Assembly: GCA_051294905.1 (NCBI GenBank)
Contig: CM119371.1
Location: forward strand, 12,588,001 to 12,652,000
Length of the DNA stretch: 64,000 bases
Direction: 5' to 3'
From: Botryllus schlosseri
Taxonomy: Eukaryota
Every line of letters begins with the position of its first letter. Within the stretch, counting starts at the first letter, position 1. This document shows, piece after piece, positions 1 to 12,716 of the stretch. A model generated the notes under the pieces. The model searched no databases and was not told where the DNA came from. It was given only the letters and a program-made list of their open reading frames with translations. The position numbers and the translations under genes are program-made.

Positions 1-680
1 TATCAACATTAGAGGGGCCCGCGAAAGGTTTCAAAGTCGCTGATTTACTTTACGACGTCGCAGTCGCGTCAAAACATACATTGAGTTGATTTCTGGCACT
101 TCTCGTTCAGGTCAACAAAAACTGGGGTGGATGGTTGGGATCGCAACGATCTTCAATGACAACTATGGCAGCTTCCTGTTTGTTGACAAAGTGAGTTGTT
201 TGGTATATGTGAAAGCATTATGTCCTACTGTGTTGTGGACACAAGCAAATCGCATGGCTCACTGCCATCGGGCTACATCATTCACATCATACAAAAAAGG
301 CAATTTATGGCACTATTAACTCTGTATTGCTGTATTAACACTGTATTTGATAAAAATTGGCATTTCGACAGGTCACTGTAAATCGAAAGAATGATGTAAT
401 CCAATATCAGTGAGTAACGAGATTTTCCCGTGTCCATGCTACTGTAGGACACTATGGTGAAATTGTCACTAGTATATGGTGTCCAATCAAAAAAGATGAT
501 GTGAATCCAATATTGGCCCCTCCTATTTCACTTAGAAAGTTGCAGTGTTACGACTGATGCTGAAATCATTCCACTCTAGGTACCATTATGGTCGCCCGAT
601 ATCCTTGAAAGCACCATCACGTATGATCGTTTTCTTAGCTCTTTGCATGACCCCGACTCGCGCGGTAATGACTTGTTAGG

Positions 681-1033
681 TAGGCTTACCATATTTTGGA
701 AATCTAAAAAGAGGACACTTTTTCAGAAATTTGAGACTTGCGAAACCAGAGAAGGATTCTCAAAAATCGATGACTTTTCCCACTTTGTGACAGGTTTACT
801 AAAAAAATAAAAAAGGTCAACTTTTCGCTCAGAGATCCAATCACCGTTTTTCACTCCGAAATACCAGCCGCAGCGTCACTTCTGTGTTTATTTACGGCAT
901 ATCACTCACATAAATTTTCAAAAAAGGGGACAAAATCTCAAAAAAGAGGACAAAAGGGCGTCCTCCGATAACACTTTTAAAAAAGTCAAAAAAGAGTACA
1001 AATCCCATTCAAAGAGGACGTATGGTAACCCTA
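681..1033. mobile_element. hAT-type MITE (TAGG(C/G)TTACCATA family)
   Basis: TIRs TAGGCTTACCATA / TATGGTAACCCTA; 8-bp TSD TTGTTAGG/TTATTAGG; AAAAAGAGGAC subterminal repeats; inverted copy at 34494-34851 and partial copy at about 6940-7049. Confidence 0.85.
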
Positions 1034-1309
1034 TTATTAGGCCTAATACTTAATCAATTCTTAAGCTCAGACCACATCGATAGTACTAAGCTAATATCAT
1101 TTTCATTTATCAGGAGCCAAAGAATTATACGCGACGATCAAGTACAATACGATCCTGAATGAATGGAAAGTTCTCTTCTATGGCAAAGTTATCAAAGGGG
1201 TCAGAAGCTTCCATCATGCTATGGCCACAATACTGGCAATATACTGGCTGTTCAACATCAAGTTCGCTCCATGAGCCTCTAATTCATGGTCCGTCGTCAC
1301 GAACTCTCC

Positions 1310-2180
1310 GAACGTTAAGTACACTGCGGCTGTTCGTAGCAAATCAATTATTGTTTCTGTACATACGTCTCGAAACTTTGTAACGTTAGGTGTAACAGGT
1401 CAATATTTTTAGCCGTTATAATTCTTGTTTCATTACATTAGGTACTTGCTGCCTTTCACTGTGACAATTTGTAATCACTTAATTAATCGCGGACCGGTCA
1501 ATGTATAAAGCCGGTATATTAATTCTTGTTTCATTACATACGTTTCGAAACTTTCTAACGTTAGGTGTGGCTGACTGTGGCTGTTCATTGTGAATTATTT
1601 TCATTAATTTATTGAGGACGGGTCAATAGTTTTAGCCGTTATTATAATTCTGGTTTCATTACATATGTACAAAACTTCGAAACATTAGATACTAGGCGGC
1701 TTACACTGTGGCTTTTTGTGGTGAATTAAATAATTTATGAGGGGCCAATATTTTTAGCCGTTGTTGTAAGAATTTTTCTTTCATTGCATAATTTCCAAAA
1801 CTTCTTAACGTTAGGTACTCTGCGACTTACACTGTGGCTTTTTGTAGTAAATTAATTCATTGATGACGGGCCAATATTTTTAGCCGTTGTTGTAATAATT
1901 CTTCATTCATTGCATAAGTTGCAAAACTTCTTAACGTTAGGCAATCTGCGACTTACACTGTTGCTTTTTGTAGTAAACTAATTCATTGATGACGGGCCAA
2001 TCTTTTTAGCCATTGTTGTAAAAATTCTTCTTTCATTGCATAAGTTCCAAAACTTCTTAACGTTCGGTACTCTTCGGCTTACACTGTGGCTGTTAGTAGT
2101 AAATTAATTGCTTCATGACATGTCAATATTTTTAGCCGTTATAGTAATTCTTATTTCATTACGTATTATCCGAAACTTCC
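1310..2180. repeat. Tandem repeat, 126-bp unit, about 7 degenerate copies
   Basis: CTTCTTAACGTT recurs at 1801, 1927 and 2053; more diverged units lie to the left. Confidence 0.9.
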
Positions 2181-2624
2181 GCCATTTCAAGAATTTTTCT
2201 TGTTCTGATGCATTTGTTCTCAATATACATCATTTGATCCAACACTGAATTGCTTGTTTCAATTCATATCCTGGCTACTGATCCTGTGCCAATCAGTCAA
2301 GGTTAAAGGTCAATTGGAATCTTTGGTCGGACGTGTTTACGAGATTACATGTCAGGAAGAAACATGTTAGGCAACAAGTAGAGCTGAACCTGTCATCTGG
2401 TTTTACATGACGGTCATGTATTAAGAGGTACCAGGATGAAACATGTTACCCAACAAGTTTATTTTTTACAGTGTATAAGCGATTTTCAACCATTATGAGC
2501 CCCATTCGCACTTTTTTGTGAAAGAAATTTCATTCACACAAACTATTCGAAAATTTTTATACAAAAAGAAGATGAAGATGCTTAGCAACATTTTGTCCAG
2601 ATGTGCTACCAACTGGCAACTATG

Positions 2625-3125
2625 TAGGGCTGGGCAAAATCAGTCCCCGAGTGATCCGATTCTGAATCACGTATTTTGCTTCGAGTCGAGTATCCACCAT
2701 TATGACGTCATAACAAAATGAAATACGTCAAAGTTCAAATATGTACATTTTATGCCACCACAAGAATATAATGTCTGTTATCCATCACTTTAAAGTTACT
2801 TTAGCAATTTATCGACCATACCGATTTCATTGATCTTTGTGACAATGTTTTGGGATGACCAGTACTTTGGAAATGTGTTATTTCCAGCAACGTTCGTTAC
2901 TTTGTACTATATGTTTCGCATGATGAGACACGAGTAATCCAGGTTTCAAGGCTTCTACAGAGGAAAATACTATCGAGACTATAATTCTCGTTGATGGATC
3001 AACTTTCAGGTACTAGGATCATAGAATTTCAGTACTCGAAAAACCGTCCTTTACTACTAGACTCGAATCATTAAAATTATTACTCGATTCAGATTCGAGT
3101 ACTCGGATCATTGTGCCTAGCCATA
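2625..3125. mobile_element. MITE with TAGGGCTGGGCA-type TIR
   Basis: TAGGGCTGGGCAAAA ... TTGTGCCTAGCCATA; degenerate TSD CAACTATG/ATACTATG; CTCGA(A/G)T motifs; related end at 28852. Confidence 0.65.
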
Positions 3126-3621
3126 ATACTATGTAGCTCAAGCTATCAAGTGTCTCGTTAAAAAGGCAACTTTTTTCGCTCGTTTTGATTTCAACTATTT
3201 CACTAAAGCCCTTCTCCGCCAAACAAGTTTTTAGGTTTTGTACAAGAGCTTCTACTAGTGCTTGGGTGGCCGGGTCTTAAATTCTGTTCTGTACTCTTAT
3301 CCAAGATACCGCGTATTTTTCGCAAGTAAACAATGCTTGCTGGCAGAATTCGTTTTTGAGAGCTAACACAAAGGTCCCGGAGACCACCAAAATCTGAGTT
3401 TTTGTGGCATCTCGCAACCCGAGTCCCACCCATGAAAAGGGATTCATTTTTATTATCACAGCTGTATGCTACGATTTTAGGGACATGTATGGCATACAGA
3501 ACGCCGACACCACAATTCCACCCACAACAGCTCTACAAAACATTTCTGACGCAAGCGATTTCAAATTAGATTAAATTAAATTAAATTCTTCTGCGCGTCG
3601 AAGTTGTACTACTGCCTACTG

Positions 3622-4570
3622 CAGCGGTTCTCAACCTTTTTGTCTTCGCGGAGCCCTTTTGGACCGTCACGGACCCCGCGGACCGCCAAAAGTTTTAGCT
3701 CAAATTTAGCTCAATTATCGTGCAATCGTGATCTCTTTTGTGCAAATGATATCCGTATAGGCTATAGTGAAAACCAGCAACAAGATGACTTTTCTTAAAA
3801 TTAACATACTATTTATGTAGAAATTGGATCGACTTTTGTTATTCGAAGTTAATGTTGCATTTGCATTTCTTGAAATTCGTCGTCGTGTCTCGAAAACCCG
3901 CGACGTCGATTTGACATGAACGAGTGCCGAAAATCCATTTCCACAAAGATAGGTGGTGGTGAATGTAATAAAAACGCGTAACGCTTCCGACGACACATTT
4001 GTGTATGATCGGAGAAAAATGATAAATAATTTTTTCAATTAACATTTAATGTCAAGCCTGGTCATTTTTATCAAGCAGCTCATCTTCGGTGTCTGATTTC
4101 AAAAACTACTCAAATTCGTTTCGACACCTTCCTATTTTTTCATTGTATCGCAGTTCTGTGGTGTTTGAAATGATGAAAATATTAATAAACTGATACTGAC
4201 AGAAGTTATCATGGAAAATGGTAATGTATATCACAGGAGAAAATGGATTTTTGTACACATTTCAAAGTCATCGTGATTGACCTCACTAATCCAACTTCTT
4301 ATTTTTCCCACAATCCCCAGCAAAATATCGCGAAATAGCAAAATTTACGTATCAGTAGACTATTGGTAATTTAGCAATTGAAATGAGTCTCAACAGTAGG
4401 ATATTTCAACTCAGACGGCCGGTCTATTGAAGTGAGTTCTGGAGATTTACTAGTAATGAAGCGAAAGGGCATCGCGATTTTCCTCGTTGAAAAAATACAA
4501 ATTTGGGGTATCAACTATTTTGTAAACTGAGGGTCTTCGCGGACCCCCTGAAAACCGCTGAGAACCCCAG
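3622..4570 (-). mobile_element. Internally deleted Charlie/Buster hAT element
   Basis: CAGCGGTTCTCAACC ... GAGAACCCCAG ends; minus-strand relic ALRVFITFTTTYLCGNGFSALVHVKSTSR resembles the hAT C-terminal dimerization motif; interrupts sequence that is contiguous at about 7420. Confidence 0.8.
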
Positions 4571-5579
4571 GTTTACTCAGATTGCAAGACCGGGACTATT
4601 CTGTGCCGACAACACATCGAAAGGTTTGGCCATCCTTCATCGGTAATTTTTAGACCAAGGTTTTGCCGCCGCTTATGTTTTTGGCACCGCATTTTATCAG
4701 CGGTTTGTTGGACAAAACTTTACGTCTTCGTGTGCCCCGACGGAAAAGGAGTTTGCCTCGAAATGAATGAGTCTCATAAACCTCAATTCGCTCGTTGCAC
4801 ACCCCTACACTAGTTCATCCAAACGGTCTTCGACCACGTTTTATAGAAAACCATTCGGACAAATCTCATCTTGAATTCTTCTGATAAAGTCATATTTTCT
4901 ACGTGTCTCGCTTATTGGATACAGTACCCAACACAGTGACCTTGGATACGTAAAAACTATCGCAGGATTTTCTGCAATAAATTTAACGAATATTACCTAC
5001 ATATTAACATATAGCTCTGATACCGTGTGGACCCAAAATTAAACACTTTGCTGTCCATACTTTAAAAACTTGCAAATGTGAGTCTGTAATGATGGTGTTT
5101 ACTACTATCCTCGTGACTCGCTCTAATCGAAGATATTCGAAGTCGTTTCTCTAGCTGGTCGCCGGCTCAGACGGGCTGACATACTGTATTTCTGCCAATA
5201 CACCAGCTTCCAAACCAGGCTTTTGGTTATTTAATAATTATAGTGCGGAAATATTAATTCACTACGGCTTCTGAGAGCTACGATTGTACGTCATACGCTA
5301 AAAAAGTTTTTACAATTGCGTCGCAACTTCAAAAGTTACAGTGACCTTAAATTTGCTATTAGGTTTATTTTAATTATTTACGTCAGAAAAATAAAATTAA
5401 CAATTATTCCCAATTTTTATTCGCACCACCTTCGTCATTCGCACTACAATGTTTTTCTTTCGCAGAAGGGCGAATCGCCACACAGATTAAAAAGCACTGG
5501 CCTATACTATCCCCCAACAACCTCTGCAGCTAATTCAGTCATGAAGAAGGAAAGATTTTTCAATGAGCCACTGATCCGT

Positions 5580-6230
5580 ATATATATCCTAGATGCAAGA
5601 TATCACATACATAGAAGAGCGATCAACAGTGTAACATGGGAGTACTAAAAATGAAACTGTCGAAATGAACGATTCCAGTGAAAATCACATTTACTTTCTA
5701 GCTTTGTTTCAATTTGCAAGGTAGACGAAAGTTGCATCATGACAGGTACTGATGACGATCCGCATTGACTGCCGACTAGATACACAGTAAAGAAGGTAAT
5801 CTAAATAGTAAAATTATAAAAATAAGTACATGTGTTAAAGTTTCTATCGACTCCGTTGCATTTCAAACATTAAAGCCTTGCCGTGAAAAGATTAACGCAC
5901 ATGAAGGCAGAGATATCAAGTTGACGGAAATGTTTGTTGATGCCTGGGTCTGTCTGCGAAAACTGCACTTTGGATCGGAAGTATCTAAACTGCAGCGGAA
6001 TCGTCGGCGCGTGTTTGCTATTACGCAGCATTTGTGGTGCTTAAGCTCCCAACAAAGCGAAAGTATCACGTTACGAAACTCCAGCTTCCGAATAAATACG
6101 GACTGCAACGCTTCCAGTTTCAGTTTGACGGCATTCGTGAATATGAAGGGTGGCTCTATTGACCCTGTCATTAAGTCGTTGCGATCGCAGAATAGTCATG
6201 TTAATTCAATTATGTTAGATTCGTGCATCA
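5580..6230 (+). pseudogene. Relic coding segment Y of unknown repeated unit (inverted copy)
   Basis: Frame GNLNSKIIKISTCVKVS...VCLRKLHFGSEVSKLQRNRRRVFA matches the minus-strand translation of about 31330-31980; homology resumes at about 6760-6920. Confidence 0.55.
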
Positions 6231-7601
6231 CAGCGACGGGCAACATACGGCCCGACGGCCGGATCCGGCCCATATAAAGCTTCTGCCCAGAAAGTTAATT
6301 TGCAATCTGAAAGTATTGACAAATGTAAGGCGTCACAGAATCAATCAAGTTGACCAACATGAGTGAGACGGTCTTGAAACTTTACTTATTATTCTCGGGT
6401 CTATCCTACATTCATTTGTGATTAAATTTTTTCGACCATAAACATTAACAAGACAAGGCTGCGTTCAGATATATATATATATATATATGTATAACTGGAA
6501 ATCAGATCTTAGTGTGTATGGGTTTCTACACCTGACATGCAGTCAGAGTTCAAATAATTTGTTGACAACGTTGATCGACCACTGATGCCTGATTCACATC
6601 GACGGCTTTTGAAGTACATTAGGTTAACAAATTCACTAAATACTGTTGTTGGTCTCTATTGCTTTAAACTTAAAGTATGCAATAAATACGACATATTCAT
6701 TGTATGAGTGGAAAAATACGCGAATAATCTATCGACTTCTCCACGTACTTCATTTTTCCATATCACTGGTTTATCAAAATGGCAAACACACTGTCCTGCG
6801 GAACGCCATAATGATGAATTATTATGTGTCCATATAAATATGAAACGCTTGGAACATCCATTTAGGTTCGCAGACAGACCTTACTTGAGTTGATGAAGCA
6901 AATTTCAACTCTTGAAATGACTAGGCCTATACATAAATTATTTTAAAAAAGGAAAAATTCTCAAAAAAGAGTACAATTAGGCGTCCTCCGAATACTTTCA
7001 AAAAGGTCAAAAAAGAGGACAAATCGTAAGAGGACGTATTGTAACCCTAATATTATCGGTTCATAGTTGCAATGACAGAACGCAATTACGATATTCAACT
7101 TTGAAGTATACACTATGCAGGATAAAGTCGTGATTCATTGGATTTCATTGACCCCGTTAAACGAACCCATAGGCCAGTGGTCGAGTGGTACTAAAACTTT
7201 TAAGACTGATCGGAGTTTTAGTGGCACCTCGCGACCAAAACCTCACACACCCAAAAATAAATGGCTTTTTAACGTTAGTATGCTACTATATTAGGGACAT
7301 GTATGTCATAAAGAGTGCGTAGACAACAGTATTATATAACGCAGCTCTACTTTACATGTCTGATGGACGCGATTTCAAATTTCATTATTTTCATCGGTGC
7401 CTCGCATTTGTACTACTATCTACTCAAATTGCAAGGATGGGGACTATTCGGTGACGACAAAATCGATGACCACACATATCGACGTCAAAGGTTTAAGTCA
7501 ACCAGCGACGCTAAATTCTGGCCAAGGTTTTGTCGGCGCCTATTTTTTAGCACGCCACTCTGCCAGCCGTATGTTGGTGAAAACTTCATGCCTTCATGTG
7601 T

Positions 7602-8429
7602 TAGGAATGGTGTGAACGTGAGGTTCACGTTAGCGATCTGTGTGTGAACTTCAGAAATTTAGAGGTTCGCGTTCGAAAATGAACCTTGGCAGGTTCTGCA
7701 CTGAGAACCTTTTTCGTATATTACAATTTTCACGTCGTTAAACATTTTTGGTTGAAATGTATTGCATTTCAACTGCGAGTCACCATATGGATGGCACTGG
7801 AAGCATAGAAAATCAACACTAAGCGAGCATGCACCTGGACAATCTCACAAATTTTACCTGCTTTGTTCCAAAAGTTTTCTCGAAATATCCAGCTTTCTGT
7901 TTGTGAATATTTAGAGACTCTCTGCTGAGAGCTTGACCCACAACCACAATCACACGATATCAAGAGCGAAATACGCTGTAGGTAGTCCACGAATGATGCA
8001 TTTATTCAACCAATCAAATGAAATTGATATCGTTGTCTGATGTAAAAAAAATAGCAAGCGTACGGCGTCATTCTTGACTTCATATGTTCATTGTATCATA
8101 AAAACCAAATCCGTGAGATTGGGGTGTTGGCTACTGCTGTATAACTTGTTAATCGGGTAAAACCCGTTTTGTACTCTGCTCAATATATCCGTAGGAACAC
8201 TCAGACGCCAAATACATTGTCCGGTCTGGAATAGACCGTTAAGACGCAAGCTTATATTCCCTTGCAAGTCCTCGTCCAATGGGTTGGCAATGCGACGGAA
8301 GATATTGATTTTACAGGAATATTGTATCATTTGATTGAACCAGTTGATACATTTGACGACTTTTAAGTCAATATATACTTCAGCATTGTGGCATTATGTG
8401 GCTCGAGTCGCCGCTTGGTTCACACCCTA
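7602..8429. mobile_element. MITE, TAGGGATGGTGTGAAC family (right end deleted)
   Basis: Homologous to 17168-18473; GTGAAC/GTTCAC subterminal motifs; right flank carries CCTATGTGT x3. Confidence 0.8.
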
Positions 8430-8439
8430 TGTGTCCTAT

Positions 8440-9351
8440 GTGTCCTATGTGTCCCGGCGTGGAATGGGTTGGCTTCAAAATACCTGTGCCTCATATTTCG
8501 GAAACCACAGGTTCCATAGACCCCGACTCTAAAGCATCCCAAATCCTGTCATGAATTCAAACCAATTTGGTTAATACAGAGGTCGGTACATTTCTGTATG
8601 TCTCGTTTATTGGGTAAAGTAACCATTACGATGATCTCGGATGCATTATCCACAGGAAATCGCCCGAAACTCGTATAATTTTCTATTGAATTAAACTCAA
8701 CAAATATTACATACACATAAAGATCGCTCTGGTGCAATCGCGACCAAAATATACACCCTTCGCGACCCATACCTGAAGAACCCTCTCTACTGACCCTGCT
8801 CTAGATCGAGATCCCGTTCAATTTTAGGTGGGACCTGAAACCAGATGTGACGCAGCTACGAAAAAATGCTTATTGATGATTGAAATGGATTATGTTAAGC
8901 GTTACCCTTCTTAGTATGATCTGTGTTTATACCCGGACTTTCCGATGCAAGTCGTACAAACGCGGTCGAGTAATGGTTGGATAGCCGCTATAAATTGGGT
9001 TGCTGACGCCGCTAAAAACTGTATCACGAAAGCATCTGCTGGTGGACGTGAGTATTTTGTTAATGTGCTGTCAATAAACGAAATGATACTATCGTGTTCG
9101 TCAACAGCGATAACCAAACGCGCAAAAAGACTGTAACAGCGACATGAATTATTCCAGGATGTCCATGTTGTTATGTGTGCTTGCAGGACTAGCAATCGAG
9201 AATGGCTACTGTACCTGCAAGTAAGTACGATTATTGTCAGTATATATAACCAATTATTACACTTACATTGGTCTCGAAATGTCTTATGCTCGGGGAAAAT
9301 GGTGCTGCTTACATGCTCAGAAAAATGATCTATTTTACTGTGCCTTATCAT
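8440..9351 (-). pseudogene. Relic coding segment S of unknown repeated unit
   Basis: 146-aa ORF 8911-9351 aligns with the 38813-39019 ORF and its continuation (SSHSRLLV..DSI.SFID.TLTKY...ADAFVI) with mostly conservative substitutions. Confidence 0.45.
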
Positions 9352-9501
9352 ACTGGCTGCGGTTGCAGTCTGTGTGGTCGTTGCTCATATAACCAGTTCA
9401 TAGATACAGCATGTTTTGAAATACTTGTATAGATGAATACAATCACGCCAATTGCAGCATATCGAACTTGTAGAGCTGTTGTGATCTCGGCTACTTACCA
9501 T

Positions 9502-10073
9502 CCGGGTTGTCACCAAGTCACAAGGTTCCAAGTCACAAGTCAATCTCACTTTTATAGTTCTGACTCGAGTCAAGTCGAGTCATTTTCAATTCGCAACCAA
9601 GTCAAGTCCGAGTCCAAGTCACGGAGTACAGTGTCAAGTCCGAGTCATAGTGTTTTGATTCCAGTTCGAGCCCATGTCACCGTGTTGACTGTTCAGTTCC
9701 AAGGTAATATCATGTGAAACCCACTTTTTACAACTCTGCATGGTGATATCGATAGCTTTGCATTCATAATATACTGATTTTCCTCACTTTTACCAGTTTC
9801 CGGCAGCATTTTCAAGTACCCGTAGTGAAAGACGAAATAATAATATTACAATAACTTTACTAGTATTCTTCGAAATTACAATGAAATGCCTGTCTTGTTA
9901 GACCTCGTCTTGAGTCATATGACTTGGTCCCAGTTATGCGCAATGACTCGAGTACCAGTCGAGTGAATAAGCAAATTGACTCGAGTCAAGTCGAATTACT
10001 TTTCATTTTGAAGAATATGACTCGAGTCAAGTCGAGTCACCAAAATATCGCGACTCGAGTCATTACAACCCTC
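9502..10073. mobile_element. hAT-type MITE with GACTCGAGTC/CAAGT repeats (CAGGGTTGT subfamily)
   Basis: Perfect 8-bp TSD CTTACCAT (9494-9501 / 10074-10081); ends CCGGGTTGT ... ACAACCCTC. Confidence 0.85.
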
Positions 10074-10102
10074 CTTACCATAAAAAGGGATATTGTCCAT
10101 TC

Positions 10103-11188
10103 CAGAGGTTTCAGACTCAAATATGCTCGCGGGCCTATTTCCTGGTTTTTGATGGCCTAGCGGGCCGCAGCACCAATATTGGCGTGTATTTCCAAGTAGG
10201 CCTTATTGGACGGGACCGTGCTGACTGGAATTCAACAAATATTGTGGAAATCTGATTTACTATTGTGAATTCACGCCTGGCATGAAAGAAAATCACGTTT
10301 TTAAGTATTTGAATACCTTTTCTGTAGTACTTGGCATAGTAGTTTTAATTAGTTGTAGACATCTTGCTATAGTGCACAAATGCATCATGACGTGCATGCA
10401 TCGGAGTTAGATTTACTTTCGAATATAGGAACTGATCAATAACAACTTGGCTATATTGAATAATGTGCCATAGTAATAAAACAGCCTAATCGTCGATGAA
10501 TTCATTATTGTTACAGAGGTGAAGCGTACCACTACCTCACTCGCCACCTTTAATTGGCGATAATAACATGTATAAACAGACCAAGATGGCGCAGGATGTA
10601 ACTAACTATATATCACGGGGGCAACAGATTGCCAACGATTGTCATTGTCATTTCGACCTGCTTAAATAGCTAAACACGCTACGCTACGCAATACCAGCGA
10701 CGACCTTTTGATATATTATTATTCCCCATAACCGTCTGATAGTTTGTAGCGGTCGTGGTCGTACCAAGTCACGGAGCTTCGAGTCACAATTCATTCTCTG
10801 ATTGTAAAGTTTGACCCGATTAAAGTCGAGTAATTTTTATTTTATCGCCCATTCACTCCGAGTTCGAGTAATTCTACAAAACTTCGCGCCCAAGTTCAAA
10901 TTACAATTTTCACTCACGAATCATCAGTGGGTCATGTTTTACCATAATGAACAGATAATATGACGTGAAAGCTGATCTTCCCCAGCATGGTAACTTTTGA
11001 AAGTGATGTGATAGTGGAATTTGATGAGTAGTTTCAGCGTTTTGGAGTAGTTTTAAAGCGAATTTGAAGTTTTCGCAGCTACAAAAATATCTATGTGGCA
11101 GTTAAATATTGTCGAATACTTTAAAATCCAAAATGACGACGATGCGCCGCACAAAACAATCTCGCGGGCCGCGTGTTTGAGACCTCTG
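10103..11188. mobile_element. hAT MITE (CAGAGGTCTCAAAC family)
   Basis: CAGAGGTTTCAGAC ... GTTTGAGACCTCTG; TSD GTCCATTC/GTCTATTC; GCGGGCC subterminal motifs; related to 22822-26520. Confidence 0.85.
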
Positions 11189-11959
11189 GTCTATTCTATA
11201 TGTTGTGGTCAAATGCCGGGCTCTTCAATCTTTTTCATCGTGCTACACCCTTTTAACGTTTACTCAAAACTCGTAGACCCCTGACCACATAATACACTAT
11301 TCCGTAGTAAGCCTTATCCGCCGGCGTTCGTCCGTTTGCTATTCGCGGCTGCATTTCGATTACATTACGGCCCGCGGACAGTTTCCCGTCTTACATGATT
11401 TGTGGCCCGTGACCCAAGTCTGCCGAGATTCCCCACTGCTTGCTTAGCACGGCAAATTTTAGTGACTGTATGTTATTATATATAGGTGTGTGCGCAGCGT
11501 GCGCAGCGTGCGAGAGTGGGCTTACGCGTAAGTTCGTCGAAGCGAGAAGACTTGCATTATCGGCATTTACGATATACCCAACCCTAATGAATTGATACCT
11601 TGATAAATTAGAGGTATCGGGCTTACCGAACGCCTTGAAATGATAATTAAGGATTGCACCGTTTGTTAATTGATCAGAGAGGAGCAGACATGGCGGCGCC
11701 TGCATGACAATGCTGTTCTCAAATCCACATTGTTTTCGTCATTATCGGCGAGAAATAGCTTTGTAGTGACATTGCTGTTGTTAAAATACATTCATTAAAT
11801 ACGATTTATTCCTTGTATATGTGGATACATTGGCGAATAATGTATCAATTCAGCAATCCGGCCCGCCAAGTACTTAATTTTCCGATATCCTGCCCGCCAA
11901 CTGGAGAAGTTGCCCGCCCCTGCTCTATTGCTTACTATATATGCACCAAAATCGCGAGT

Positions 11960-12400
11960 ATTATTTTATTGAAAAGTTGGCTGGATTCCTTGTATAGTCG
12001 CGCAGAGCGCGCAAATTTTTCAACCGCATAATGAATATCGTCGATAATATTGGTAGTTTCACACATCTTACTGTCAATTATTCACCCATCTCAGTCCACG
12101 TGACCAGAGTTAGGTAGCCGGTAGAGCCGATGGAGGGGATGTCTTCGAAAATTTCGGTCAGAAAATTAGGGATGATTCATCTTCCGCTTTTGTTGATCAC
12201 TTTGTTGCATGTTGGTTTTTATTGACCTTTCATCAGGATTGCGGGTATAGACATAAGATATTGGAATCGTTCAAACGCACTATAAAAACCGTCATTCGTG
12301 AAAAGCACACGATTCCAACTTGATATTTCGTCATGAAGCGCATAACTCACTTTTGCGGTTCGCATTTGCATGGTGGTTCTCAGATTACAAGGACACGATT
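11960..12400 (-). pseudogene. Relic coding segment R (paralog of ORF 41956-42387)
   Basis: WNRVLFTNDGFYSAFERFQ...TCNKVINKSGR*IIPNFLTEIFEDIP; stops and frameshifts; several synonymous differences to the 42-kb copy. Confidence 0.6.
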
Positions 12401-12716
12401 ATATTGAAAACGAAAAATAAAACCAATTCAAATTGCCTATTGACGGCCACCCACACACGCTAATATAGATATGTGTAGAAGGCCGTATAATTATATTTGT
12501 GGTTTTGCGTCTGCATGCAGCCGCACGTCCCGCAGGGGTTGGCCACCCCTGGCCTGATCGAAATAAAAATGAGCAAGGTTTCAACGTATAGGAAATGCTT
12601 AATACAAATCAGGGCTCGATGTTACCGGACCACAATGGAACAGAGACCCTCGAGATCCGCTGGCTACGTCTCTGTAATTATCTACGCTGCGTTATTTATA
12701 ACCATCTGCCTGGAAG

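Noticed and set aside
86..381. Short ORFs at window start
   Set aside because: No recognisable domain, splice support or paralog
8945..9220. Plus-strand Ulp1/SENP-like protease exon (WVADAAKN...ELFQD...EWLL then GTAAGT)
   Set aside because: No catalytic His-Trp; a stop is shared by both copies; few synonymous changes in this frame; the antisense frame is open for longer
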